Source of the DNA: Trichinella spiralis
Lineage: Eukaryota
Reading direction: 5' to 3'
Length of the DNA: 64,000 nucleotides
NCBI RefSeq assembly: GCF_000181795.1
Contig: NW_003526941.1
Coordinates: forward strand, 6,757,051 to 6,821,050
Shown here: positions 1 to 12,703 of the stretch, in pieces
Layout of the letters: every line of letters begins with the position of its first letter
Numbering within the stretch: the first letter of the stretch is position 1
The notes under the pieces: generated by a model
Databases searched by the model: none
Told to the model about the DNA's origin: nothing
What the model saw: only the letters and a program-made list of their open reading frames with translations
Translations under genes and position numbers: made by a program

Positions 1-284
1 AACAAACAAACAAACAAACAAAACTTTTCACATCGCAATTAATTCAAATATTTAAAATAAACAATGCATACTTTTTCTTTTCTCGACTGCCACTTCGATG
101 CGATCGACGTGATCTAGAAAGCAAATAAAACAATAAAAGTAATAGAATGGAATAGAGTTCGAGACTTTGTAGAGAAAAGCTACTATAACTACTATATACG
201 ACAGCAACAATGACAACGGTAACAACACAAATAAAAAAAAACAAAGCTAATAAATTCAGAATTTGGATTTTTTCTGTTTTTCAT

Positions 285-324
<40 letters not shown>

Positions 325-785
325 ATGCCCAAGTGATATTTTTACAAAGTTGCGGATAGAGAACAGCCAACGCAGCTGACAAAATGCCTACCTTCAACCG
401 CCATATAGCAATGAACACAGATGGCAAATAAGAAGTTTTAAATTCTGATATCTATAATACAACTAATTGCTTACAAAAAGAAAAATTTGCATTTCACCGG
501 CAAAAAATAAAGTCTCAAGTTTTTCTTTTGCAGACAGAAATTATGGAAAACCTAGAAACAACACGAAATGGGCAGCAAATTTTCATAAAAGCAAAACAGC
601 TAGCAAAACTTACTTTTTTTCACTCAAATCACCATATTCTTTATTTTTATTCGCTTTCGCTTCTTCCGGTTTCTGCAAAAAAAGAAACAACATACATACG
701 TGCAAAAAGCATTATAATTACAGTCAAAAAGCAAAAACAATACAGAGTTGAAAATTCAAAAAAAAATAATTAGCTGAAGACAACT
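1..785 (-). pseudogene. Duplicate of 12380-13164 (RBM39 exons 2-3 and flanking introns), 5'-truncated RBM39 copy
   Basis: Matches 12380-13164 at offset 12379 with only about 3 differences (e.g. ccatattctt vs ccattttctt; aattctgata vs aattgtgata). Identity stops at gaagacaact (785), so the ATG exon is missing. The ORFs 44..244 and 12423..12623 are identical. Confidence 0.85.
288..320. repeat. (TA)n microsatellite (also about 12673-12700)
   Basis: Direct reading. Confidence 0.95.
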
Positions 786-1759
786 ATGTTGAAATTGAAT
801 TACTTTATGAAGAAAAAATACGCTTTCAAGAGAGAAAAAGAGATTTGCAAGAAAAAGCGCAAATTTTCCATTATATATGCAGTACTTCCATCAACGAACA
901 GCACCAATCTGAAGTGATTTCAAATAAATCAACAAAACGAACAATAACTGAACAACTACCGTGGAATTTTTCATTTCACTCATTTATATTAATAATTGCA
1001 AATTCACGCGTGCGTATATTTTGTAGCGCTTTAATTATCTATAACAACCAGAGATGGTATTTAAATATAATCGTGTCAAAACCGAAAATAGAATCAGTGG
1101 CTCAATAACTGCGTGGTAGCATTTTATTCTGCTTTGATTGGCCAGTTCAGATTTGTAAAACTGTTTTCCCTGTTCGATTATTGAACGCACAACATTATCA
1201 TTACTTTACATACAGTAAGTAATACGTTTAAAAATTTTTGTTTAAAATTAAAAGTTTAAATATACGAAAAATAATGTTGTGCTGTGTGTTGATTTTCATA
1301 TACGTGCGAAGTGATTTTTGAAACTGATCTGCTTGAAAAAGTGCTGCAAGAATGTGGTGAAACAACTTTCAGAAATATCCACAGTTTTATAATTGGAATA
1401 GGCATTGAAAACTGCTGAGCTGCTGACACCTCATCAAAAAATTTCCGATTTCATTTAATTAAATTTGAAATAAGATCAGTTAAACAAAAGCACAATCCAG
1501 TACAGCACAAATAAAACTTGAAAATCAAACTGATAAAATCACATATTTCATGGCTAACATCAGCCAGCGAAGCGAACTTCAAATCATTCAAACATTAAAG
1601 CAACGTTTGTTTATACAAAATGTAAACAACCAGTTTTGTTTAAAGTGTTTTAGTTTAAATTACGGAGGGTTTTGAAGTTTGAGTTTCGGTTTCGAGAAGT
1701 TTCGAATTTGAGTGTGCAAAGTGCCAGTGTATGTATGTGTCCGTGTGCGCAAGTGTGGC

Positions 1760-4700
1760 ATGGCTTTGAAAATGGTAATGCGTTGTTTTGAATATTTCAC
1801 ATTAATATTTTCACATAGATTCTACAATTTTAAGTAAGCAACAATTAAAAAAAGCATAAAATATCAGTTTGCATTTTTACAAATTATTGAATCGATAAAT
1901 TACCTAGCTATAAGAAACTATTTCATAAAAGACTTGTTTAATTAATTGTGAAGAAAAATACTATTAAATAAAAAAATACTTCTCGATATGCTTCATAAAT
2001 TGAGAATCCTGTTTAACAATTATCTGATATATTACTTTCAGGCGAAAAAAGATTCCATTATTATTGTACTACTGTTGGCCATTTGCTATGGTAGTGTGTT
2101 AGATGAACCAGAAAATGATTCTTGTCCAGTCGATAAATATAATTTCATTCTTAAAGGCGGGAAAAGGCATCCTAAATCATGCACAACATTTGTACCTTCA
2201 AGTAGGATGTACGAGAGTCCTGACAATTCGATACCAACTTTAATACCGATTAAACCAAATAACAACAGTTTACTGGACAACATGCTTGAATTTTGCCAAC
2301 GGAATTTCAAAAATGGCATTCCACTGTCATATATAAACAAACCTGCCTATAAATATCACAAATTTTACACATACACGGAAGGTAAGGCAACGGTGCATTC
2401 TGCGGTAGAGGTTTCAAAAACGGACGGACCTCATTATTTAAACAGATATCACCAATCAGTTGAGGATATGCTAGAACATACTTGTTACATCAATACCGCT
2501 AGATACTTTGATGTGCTCAGAAACACGATAAGCACAAAAGAAATGGAACGCTGCTACTACGATTTTAACTTCATATTTTTCTGGGTTAGAGAAAACGTAA
2601 TTACACCTGAGTGGTGGCAGGATTATTCACATTCTATGAGCGATTTTGAATCACAAGGTTCACATGATGCAAACTGCAGGTGCATGCAACTATCCAACAA
2701 CAATGAAGAGTACACTTTCAGTTCAACAGTACAGAAATGTTCCATTGAGAATTGTCAGTATTTTGCTTGCATATCTTCAAGTTACAATAACTGTGTAGAC
2801 GAAAAAATTGAACAATGTACATTTGCACCTAATGAAAACATATGCCGAGAATACACTTATGTACGCCACCAAGAAGCCGATATACCGTATGGAAAAGAAT
2901 GCCCTGAACGTGATTATGGAGAAATATGCGAGTGTCCTTGTTCAGACCTAGAGTGGTCAGAGTGGTCTGCAAAAAGTACAACTTGCGGTCCATACACAAG
3001 AGAACGGTATAAAGTCGTAAAAGGATTCGAAAATGTCGAAGTGGACTGTACACAAGAAAGATACAAATGCTGCTTTTCTACTGAAGAAGGATTGCAAACT
3101 GATTGTAAAGATTTTTTTATCAACTCCAACAAAACCATAATGGAACATAATGAAACATGTACAAAAAATGATGGGACGATAATTAAAACCGAGGCTGGTT
3201 ATTTTTGTGAATGTAGTAGCAACCGCTACGGAGTGCTATGTGAAGAAAGTAAGAAACTCTTTAATATCTTTATTCTGAAAACGTGGAGGTTTCATTTAAT
3301 TATATTACAAAAATGTTTAAAACAAAATAACAGGATGGGGTTAAGTTATTAAAATTCCACGCTTGTGCATCATTTGTGTGACATAATTCCTTATTACAAA
3401 TATATCAGATAATTAACTATATAAATAACCTAATTCTATACATGTTTTGTCGATCATACGACAAGCCACACTACATAAATTGTAAATATTTCATACTACG
3501 AAAATTTATCTTCTTTTAAAATAACATTGCAGAATACTCATTCTGTGAAGACAACCCAAATGTATGCCAAAATAATGGAACATGCATCAACGCTGGAAGT
3601 TCTTACATCTGCCAATGCAAATCTGAATATCGAGGAGTGAACTGCACCATTGGTAAGAAAAATTTTTAACTATAATTTAATTACCACAAATGTAAATGTG
3701 TAAAAAATGTAACAATCGTGATATATGATAAATATGAAAAATGTATCTAACATTGAGATTACTACACATACACATACACACACACACAACTTGTACATAA
3801 CGGTGTATGTAAAAATTTAATTTCCACTTGAAATGAATCAGTAAGACGATGTACAAAAATATCATTATAGGAATCAGACAAATAAGCAAAATATTCTTTA
3901 CCATTATTTCAGAGAAAGTAACGTGCAAAAGTGGTCTACACTGCTTAAATCAAGGAACGTGCACGAAAGTAAATGGAAAATACGCATGCATGTGTCCTCC
4001 ACTGTTCACGGGAAAATTTTGCGAATTCAGTAAGTAAAGAATAAACGATTTTTCACACGCTTCATGTTCATTCCTCTGTTCATAAAAGTTCCATTATTCT
4101 TCATACAAACAAGCATAACTTGTACATTTCATCATTTACAAATGCAAGTATAATTGTAAAAAATGTCCATTCTCATGTTTTAATTTTTGACAAATTCTTC
4201 TTCTTCTTCTTCTTCTTCTTCACGATACATGCAATACAAATACAGTTGCTATTTAGATACTGGCATATGCAAAGCAGATACATGCAGAAATGGTGGTACC
4301 TGCGTAGTATTCGGTTCAACGCGTTATACATGCAAATGCGAAAAAGATTTCAAAGGGGCATTCTGCGAACAGAGTAAACTCACTCTTGGATGAAACAACA
4401 ATAGCTTCTTTATTAATTACATAAGCGAATATTTCAGGTATCAGCATATTAGAAAAATATTCCAAAATGCTGTCTGAATCAGGAATCGACATTCTCATAA
4501 TAATTTGCATAGCATTCATAGGAGTGTTCATCTTCATCCATACTGTATTTCGTCATATGGTAAAACATTTAACTAGCTTACATCAAAATTGTCAAATTAT
4601 ATTCTCCTTTTCTTAAAAATTTTAAATAAGACTCACTGAACAGATAATTAGAAAAATTAATTTTGCAAAGTAAAGAAAACAGCAAAGAAATATGTTCGCT

Positions 4701-4941
4701 GAGACTAATTTGTTTCGATGCTGTTATAATTTTCTTTCAATGTGAAACAATTAATAATACAGCAATAATACCAGTACTTGAGCATTTTCATGATTAAAAT
4801 TTATTATTATTTGAAAACGATAACAATAATAAATAAATAATAATGAAAATAGGCTGAAATTAATGAAATAAAAAATTTTTTACTTGGATTTTATTATAGG
4901 ATATGATGCACAGAATACGAAGACGATACAAGAACCGGTGA
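1760..4941 (+). CDS. Type I membrane protein: signal peptide, divergent C-type-lectin-like domain, Cys-rich/TSP-like WSEWS segment, 4 EGF repeats, TM helix, short basic tail (copy A)
   Basis: Hand-spliced, phase-consistent exons: 1760-1774 (MALKM), 2042-3248, 3533-3652 (CQNNGTCINAGSSYICQC), 3913-4029 (CLNQGTC), 4257-4373 (CRNGGTC), 4438-4559 (TM ILIIICIAFIGVFIFIHTVF), 4900-4941 (DMMHRIRRRYKNR*). A further last exon near 5042-5063 is possible. The lectin call rests on the CP...SC / FC....G..LSYI / C.CM...C.....FAC pattern only. Confidence 0.8.
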
Positions 4942-5820
4942 AGTAAGCGGCAACAACATACCTGCGCATAATATGGTATTTCTTCTTTAACAAATGATGC
5001 AATTGAAATTTAATATTTAATTAAAAAATGATTTTTTTCAGAGAAGTTACAAGCAGGACATAGAAGATAAAAATAACTCGACTACTTGTACTTTAATATT
5101 TTCATTGATGTTCAGTATTTTTCATCATGCTAAGAAGTTAACAATACTGTTCATGTTAAAATTTCACATTATCAATTTCACACATTCTATTCGCAAATTT
5201 TAAAATGCGACTATTATTTACACATTCCATATTTGATGAATACCATTTAATTAAATATAATATATGATGAATTAAAATAATTTCAAAATAGTGATAGAAA
5301 ATTTGGCCAATTGTTTCAACGCAGAATAGAACATGCGGCAATTGAAGACTGTGAATGAAACCGCCAATGTAGCTAGAATCTATTTTCAACGACACTGAAC
5401 AATAATGAATCTGTATGATTAATCGAATGTGATTCATTGTTATTCGCATGCGCGTCTTTGCCTGTCAGTTTGTTTGAACAGCTGGGCAACATTCGCTGTT
5501 CGTGTGCTATTAAATAGACTATTTTTGAACAGCATACTGTAGCTACTCAGTGCATATCTGTCTGTCATGCTATGCTTATGCGTTGATGTTATTGCAAACC
5601 ACAACGCTTGCTTACAATACAATACAATCACAACGATGTCAATTATAATAAATGACCTATCATATCACATGTTAGCTTGTGTTTCAAATCAGATTCGACG
5701 AAATAAATTCATGCTTTTTCTCCACTTTTGTATTGTACATTAGATGAAATTTTGTTTCTATATAATGAAATTCATATATGCATATTTTTATGTTTCTTTT
5801 TATGCTTTTTTGATCATGAA

Positions 5821-8800
5821 ATGGGTGATTTGAAAGAGAAGAAGTTGAAAAATCCTGGTCATTCATCTTTCGCAATGCTTAACGATGAAATACTGGAAAA
5901 TGTTGCGTTCGACACGGCAAGACAATTTTTCACCATCTGCGACCGTGATTCCAAAGGATACTTATTAAAAGGCGACATGCAACGTCTCAGAGAAAGTGGT
6001 CTATGCAATTTATCAATCGAAGAACTTGAAATGGTGTTTGACAGTTTAGATGAAGATCACAATGGCATACTGACAATGGAAGAATTTATCTTCGGCTTTG
6101 GTAAGCGGAATAATATACGAATGATAATAATAAGCAATAATTTATCACATAATACTTTTCTCTCATAACTATACTCTGACGAAACTCAGCTGAAGCTATT
6201 ATAGAGGATATTTTTAAAAAAAGAGAAATAAAACTGATAATTTAGTATATCCATAACTAAATTAAAAAAAACAACGAATAGTTATTTTGTGCTGAAGGAA
6301 CAAAAATTACATAAAAAGGAAAAAATAATTGTAATAGAAAAAAAGTAACTGAAAGATCGATATGTATATTCGAATATTTTACTATATACAGTGAATGATA
6401 ATTTATTTACTCAAAAGCTGCAGCTATTGACGAGTAAACTGAGTAGAAAAGTCATTGTGTATACAGTTACAGTATTTTACGGCATTTCCATCGTAGAATT
6501 TTACGTAATTGCAAAGAAATCGACTAATAAAATATCAAATAAATATTCTGAAAAAATTAAAATTAAAGTATTCTTTTCGACAGTATTCATAAAATTAATT
6601 ATAAACAGAATGATTGTTGAATGGCTATTTATATGCTTGTAAATTGTTTTTTAAAACAGCATCAATTAAGCAAGGCATCAGATTTACATTAGAAGAGTAT
6701 TCTTTGAAACGTGCATATATGAAAAGGACAGAATGAAAGTACGCTTGCTCATGGATATAATTAATGATTAAGTTTTCGATTTATAAATTAGATATTTGAA
6801 TATGAATGAAAATAATTTGAGGAGAATTTGTGAAATCGATCCATCCGGAGATGGTTGAACTGACGGAAGATGAAAGTGAACAAGCAAGCAGTCAACAACT
6901 GCAGTGCATTACAAATACAGACGAAGATGTGGAAGAAAGGGAAAAATTTCAAACATTTCTTCGTCAAATTGGAGCTGAAGATCTGTTCGCAGAGTATGCT
7001 TACAAAAATTATTCTTATTATTATTAATCTTATTTATTATTTGGTAGCGAAAATACAGAACAACTGTGGCAAATTTTACGCAACGACAATCCAAATGTGT
7101 TGAATAAGTTTGAAGCATTTTTGAAAAACCTTTCGTTCGAAATGAAGTCAGTTCGAGATAAAATGTGCGCAACTGCACAAAACAAGCGGGAAGATTTGAA
7201 TCGTCTTTATACCGATGTTGAACAGCAAATAAAACAAGAAACTGAACGCTGCTTAAAAAATGTATTCAAAACAAACAAACAAACAAACAAACAAACAAAC
7301 ACATAGACAATAACTTTGTGGATTGATCGTTGACTGCTTTGCAGGAACAGGAAAAAATGCAAAAGCTTCAATGGTCATTAGAAAATGAAATTGAAAGTAA
7401 AAATTTACAACTTCAAGAATTGAGTGAAAAATTTTCCATGGTAATTGAAACAACAATTGTGATATGAATGAAAAAATAAATTACCATATTTTTAGGCTCA
7501 AACTAAAATGGAAAATATGGAATATGACAAAGAAAAGTCGAGAGTTTTGCTTGAAAAAATTCGCAAGGCAAAAAAAAATTTCATTTCCAACATACACACC
7601 TATTCACATGAAACCTTTCCGATTGTTAATTGTTAAATTTCTTCTATTATTGATAATCATGTTTTCAACAATGTATAATTATTTCATTTTTCTTGTTGCA
7701 TATTTCTTATTTTTACAAGCGCAGTGTACTACAAGGAATGGATAGTATCAAAAATTGAAATAAGCACAATAAATTTGTACAGCTTTTAGGAGAAAGATGT
7801 TTTGGCTGAGCAGAAGCAAAATCTTGAAATGCAACTTTGCAAGCAAAAAGACGAATCTGAAGAATTGATGAAATATTTGAACAAAGTGCAAAAAGAAATT
7901 CGTGAAGAACGTAAACGACGTGCAAAAGCCGCGCTGACGGTAAACGACGAAGCGGTTTTAGAACGCGAAGAGCTGATAAAGCAGTTGAACGCACTTAGGT
8001 ATGAGATGATTATGCAAATTTTTCAACAATACAAACTAACGCAAATGGACAAATGCTTTTTGGTGGATCATTTTTCAGGGCAGAAAATATGAGACTATTG
8101 GACGAACTGGACGAAAATACAGTATTTGAAAAACGAAAAAAATATATTGCGGCTAAAATGTGTTTTTCTCTGTTTTGCAGAATATGTCTCAAGCTGCGTC
8201 GCTTTCAGCTTCTCCATGCGCATCCACGTCTCACCTGCGACCGCTCAGAGAAACTACTGCCCTGTAAGTGTGAACTATGATGACTGATAGTGCACAGTGC
8301 ATTGTCTCAAACTGACTGATCCTATTCTCTAATCAGACATGCCAGAAGTAGCCCCATGCTTGCAACAGCAGCAGATTATAGAACCAGCTTCAACTGCAGA
8401 TCACGATTTTTGATCGATTCTGATGGTGATGACTTGGAATCAATACACAGTGAACTGTTACAAGCTGACAGTGGGTAAGTAAGTACTTTGTGACTGATTC
8501 AAAGAAAAAACCAACAATATTTAATGCATCAGCATAAATTTAGAAAAGTAATTAATAAACTGAATTCTAGAATATCCGGGTTGGACAATTTTGAAAATGG
8601 TCAAGATAGTATTGTTAGCTTTGAAATTCATTAAAAGTATTATCAATCAGCGGAATAAAAGATCAATAACTTTTACTTACAGGAACCGATTAATGTCGGC
8701 ACTCCAGATCGAGTTTTCAAAGTGGTAGTAGCCGGAGATTCAGGTGTCGGAAAGACCTGCTTCCTTGATCGTCTTTGCAATAATCGTTTCAATCCTGGCA

Positions 8801-9906
8801 TACGTTCTACTATAGGTATGATGTGTTCTAACAGTTGGATAACTTTGCTAAATTCGAATTCGAACAACAACTGTTCGCTCGCGTATTTTTTCATGTGATC
8901 CATGAAAAAATGAATATTGCACATACGAATATGAATTATACAGTAAATTCAACGAAATTATCAGGTACATGCGAATGAAATTTGAATCTACTGAAGAAAT
9001 TACAGAAAGAAAACTATAAACTAAAATACGAAATAATCAGAATACGCGAGCGAAAACATTTTTCTAAAAATTCAACCACCAAAAAAATTTATTACTATTA
9101 TTGTTTTTGTTAATTTGATTTACTTACTGTCATTATTGAAAATCAGGTATTGATTTTCATATGAAAATTTTAAAAGTTGAAGATCAACTTATTGCGCTGC
9201 AGCTGTGGGATACTGCCGGTCAGGAGAGGTAATTCCATTGGATATCTTGTATAATTAAACTTATCATATTTGTTTATTATTTTTATTATTATTATTAATA
9301 TTTGCAGATTTCGTAGCATCACAAAGCAATATTTTCGCAAAGCGGATGCGGTGATTCTGATGTTCGACTTAGTATCAGTGAGTTCGTTCACAAGCGTCCG
9401 TGAATGGATTACGGGAATTCGAGTAAAAAACATTAAACCGAAATTTTTTATTAATAATTTTTTAAACTGTACCTTCAGGCAGCAGTGGAAGAAGACTGTG
9501 TTGTGTGCATTATTGGCAACAAGACCGACCTGGTCCAAGAAGGCAAGCAGGCAGTGAAAATTTACAAAGAAGATTTTTCGCCTGAAACTGTGATAAAAAA
9601 ATAGTATAGTATTTTTGAAAATTTAATCGAGAAATAATAATTTTCAGGATGGCGAAAGTTTGTATTTCGAAACAAGCGCCAAATCCGGTGATTCTGTCCA
9701 CGCGGCAATGTATCAGCTTGCCCTGTAAGTAAACTGTTAGTCTGCTTGACACGTGATGATTAGCTCCTGCAGTCACTTTTATTTATGAAAATCAATTTGT
9801 TAGAGTACTGAAGGATGTTAGCAGCAGACGTGACGAAAAGCTGATCTGTCTACAGAAGACTTCGGACAAGCCAAAATCAAAATGTTGTAGCCGGACAAAC
9901 GTTTAA
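5821..9906 (+). CDS. EF-hand + coiled-coil + Rab GTPase (large Rab, CRACR2A/Rab46-RASEF family)
   Basis: Exon 1 has EF-hands ([21 protein letters not shown]). Coiled-coil exons lie at 7.0-8.1 kb. Rab motifs: [18 protein letters not shown] (8704), [11 protein letters not shown] (9196), [26 protein letters not shown]. The C-terminus [10 protein letters not shown] is a prenylation-like CC motif. Internal exon edges are approximate. Confidence 0.88.
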
Positions 9907-10392
9907 AAATGGATTCAATCAGTATTTTCAAATTAGTAAATAAAAACCATATTCGCAAAAAGTGCAGTTTCGTTTGTTGTAATGATGAAATTATCAATTT
10001 AAACGGATCGTTTCAAATGCTTCACAGTTTGGAAGCAAAGCCGGACGGACTACTTCTGCATCAACAAGTAGCAAAAAGCATTTATTTCTGCAAAAAAAAA
10101 ATAATTGACACGTCAATGCGAGGTGAACATTATATTTACTTGCATAATGTACAACAATCAGCAACAGTACACAATGTACAGAAAATGACCTTCACTACAA
10201 TCTTAAAGAAAAAAATGCCTGAAAAGTAGTGCTCGATATGTATTATTATTTCATGCTTTAAAAAAAATTATTTTCATCAAAATGACAAATAATACGCACA
10301 CATGCTCTTAATATAACCATTATAGTTCGTTATAATAAAATATAGAATTTGATAGTTTTCGTTTTCCAAAACCTGTGTCCAGTTGTGCTTTT

Positions 10393-12668
10393 TCATTTTT
10401 CCGTATACGATGGTCGCAACAATTCCACCGCGCTGATTGCATCTGGGAACAGTTGGTGATAACTCGCCGTTGGAACGTAGTTTGCCGTTATAACATTGCC
10501 TACATAATAATTTATTTTTACAACATCATGCATAATTGAAGCAAACAACGCGAAACAACGCATTTACCGGCAAAATAACGACCATGCAAACTGTTCACGG
10601 CCGCAACAGCAGCCGCAACAGTCGGGCATTTGACGTAGACATTTCCATCGCCTGATGCTTTGTCAACGAAAATGTGCACCACACCCTGGTGCTTATTACA
10701 TTCGTCAATCACATCGTCACGAATTTCCCGATCCCAATCTGGATCCGATTCAGCCATCGGATTGAACATATTCGACAACACAAAACACTGCGTTGCAATC
10801 AACTGTTGAGATGCGAGCTGCTGCTGTTGCTCATGTTGCTGTTGTTGCTGTTGTTGTTGTTGTTGCACTTGCATTGCCGGTGGTAAAGTATGCTGATGTT
10901 GTTGTGGCTGTGCATTCAACATCTGCTTCGCAACCTGAGGTAATTCCATTCCAGTTCCTTGAACAGAAAAAATTGTAAGGTCGATTTTAAAGTAAAAAAA
11001 AATTAGTAAAAATGCGACCAACTACCTTCAGCTAACTTGGCCATCAGTTGCAATCGACCGGTAGTTCCAAGATCAATGCCTGAACGATCCAACTCGTCCG
11101 AATCAAGCGACGGCTGGAACAAAGTATTCTGATGTTCAGTAACGTGACCAACTTTCATCGGGCGACCAGCCAATTCAAATCCATTCAACTGTTCCATCGC
11201 TCGTTTAGCATCTTCAGAATTGTAAAACTACAATAAATAAACAATTTTCTATCAAATAATACTTATTTATCAGATTCAATTACCGTAATGAAGCCATAAC
11301 CCCTCGAACGGCTTGTTTCTGGATCTTTTAAAAGTTGAATGCTTTCTATCTGAAATATTAGAAGAAAAAAATGCAAAACAAAATAACAATATTAATTAAA
11401 AAATATTACTTTGCCAAATGGCTCGAATATTCCTCGTAACATTTCTTCGGTAATGTTGAAATGCAAAGAGCCGACGTACAATTTCATCGGACCACGATTT
11501 TGAGTAAATGCCGTCGCCAACATGGCCGAAGCCATTCTATTCTTTTCAGATTGAGTTGGTTGAACAACAATCGGCGCTCCAAGCAGACGTTTACCGTGCA
11601 ATGATAAAGCCTATAATTTTTAAAACAGAAAAAAAACTGAATACAGTATAACATTCAAGTTGAACAACACATCGCTGCTTACCAACGGTACAGAGTCCAG
11701 ATCCCAAAATTCAACATAAGCAATGCCTTTTGAACGACGCGTTTTGCTGTCCGTAATAATACGCACATCTCGTACCTGAAAATAAAGCAAAAAATAACAT
11801 AAAAATTGAACAAAACTTCAAAACCAGCACTCACCTTGGCCACTTCTGAGAAAAATTCTTCCAAATCACGAGGCCTTATACTGCGAGCCAGTTGCATGCA
11901 AAAAACTGTACGAGCATCTCGCTCTTCTGGAGAAAGCTCCGAATCGACATAATTTCTCGGTGGACTGTAGCGTGGTGTAAACGGCATGCTTGAATGAAAG
12001 GAGAAAAAAATAATAATAAACGACAATATTACACAACCGGTGGGTGGAATAAAATTGTGAAACATACACATCCCGTCGTTCTGGACCGGGCAATTTTTTC
12101 CCACTGCTCAGACCCTCGCCAGGCTTGCCGCCTCGAGTGTACGGAGGTGGACTGCGGGAACGGCGGTACGGTGGCGACCGCCACGCCCCTCGAGAAGATG
12201 GATAACGATGGTCTCGTCGTTCCCTGGAACGATGCCTGGTCCGGCGTTCTCTGGACCGACTGCGCCGATGTTTGGAACGACTGCGATCCCGACGTGACGA
12301 TCGATTTTTCGAACGACTTCGACTTTTGGATTTCTTCTTTTTTCTAAAAAAACAGAATAAACCAACAGCATAGTCAGAAAACAAACAAACAAACAAACAA
12401 AACTTTTCACATCGCAATTAATTCAAATATTTAAAATAAACAATGCATACTTTTTCTTTTCTCGACTGCCACTTCGATGCGATCGACGTGATCTAGAAAG
12501 CAAATAAAACAATAAAAGTAATAGAATGGAATAGAGTTCGAGACTTTGTAGAGAAAAGCTACTATAACTACTATATACGACAGCAACAATGACAACGGTA
12601 ACAACACAAATAAAAAAAAACAAAGCTAATAAATTCAGAATTTGGATTTTTTCTGTTTTTCATCTTTA

Positions 12669-12703
<35 letters not shown>

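Noticed and set aside
2441..2659. Diversity-generating retroelement explanation for the variable lectin patch
   Set aside because: Differences are not adenine-specific (many C, G and T changes in both directions) and no reverse transcriptase is visible.
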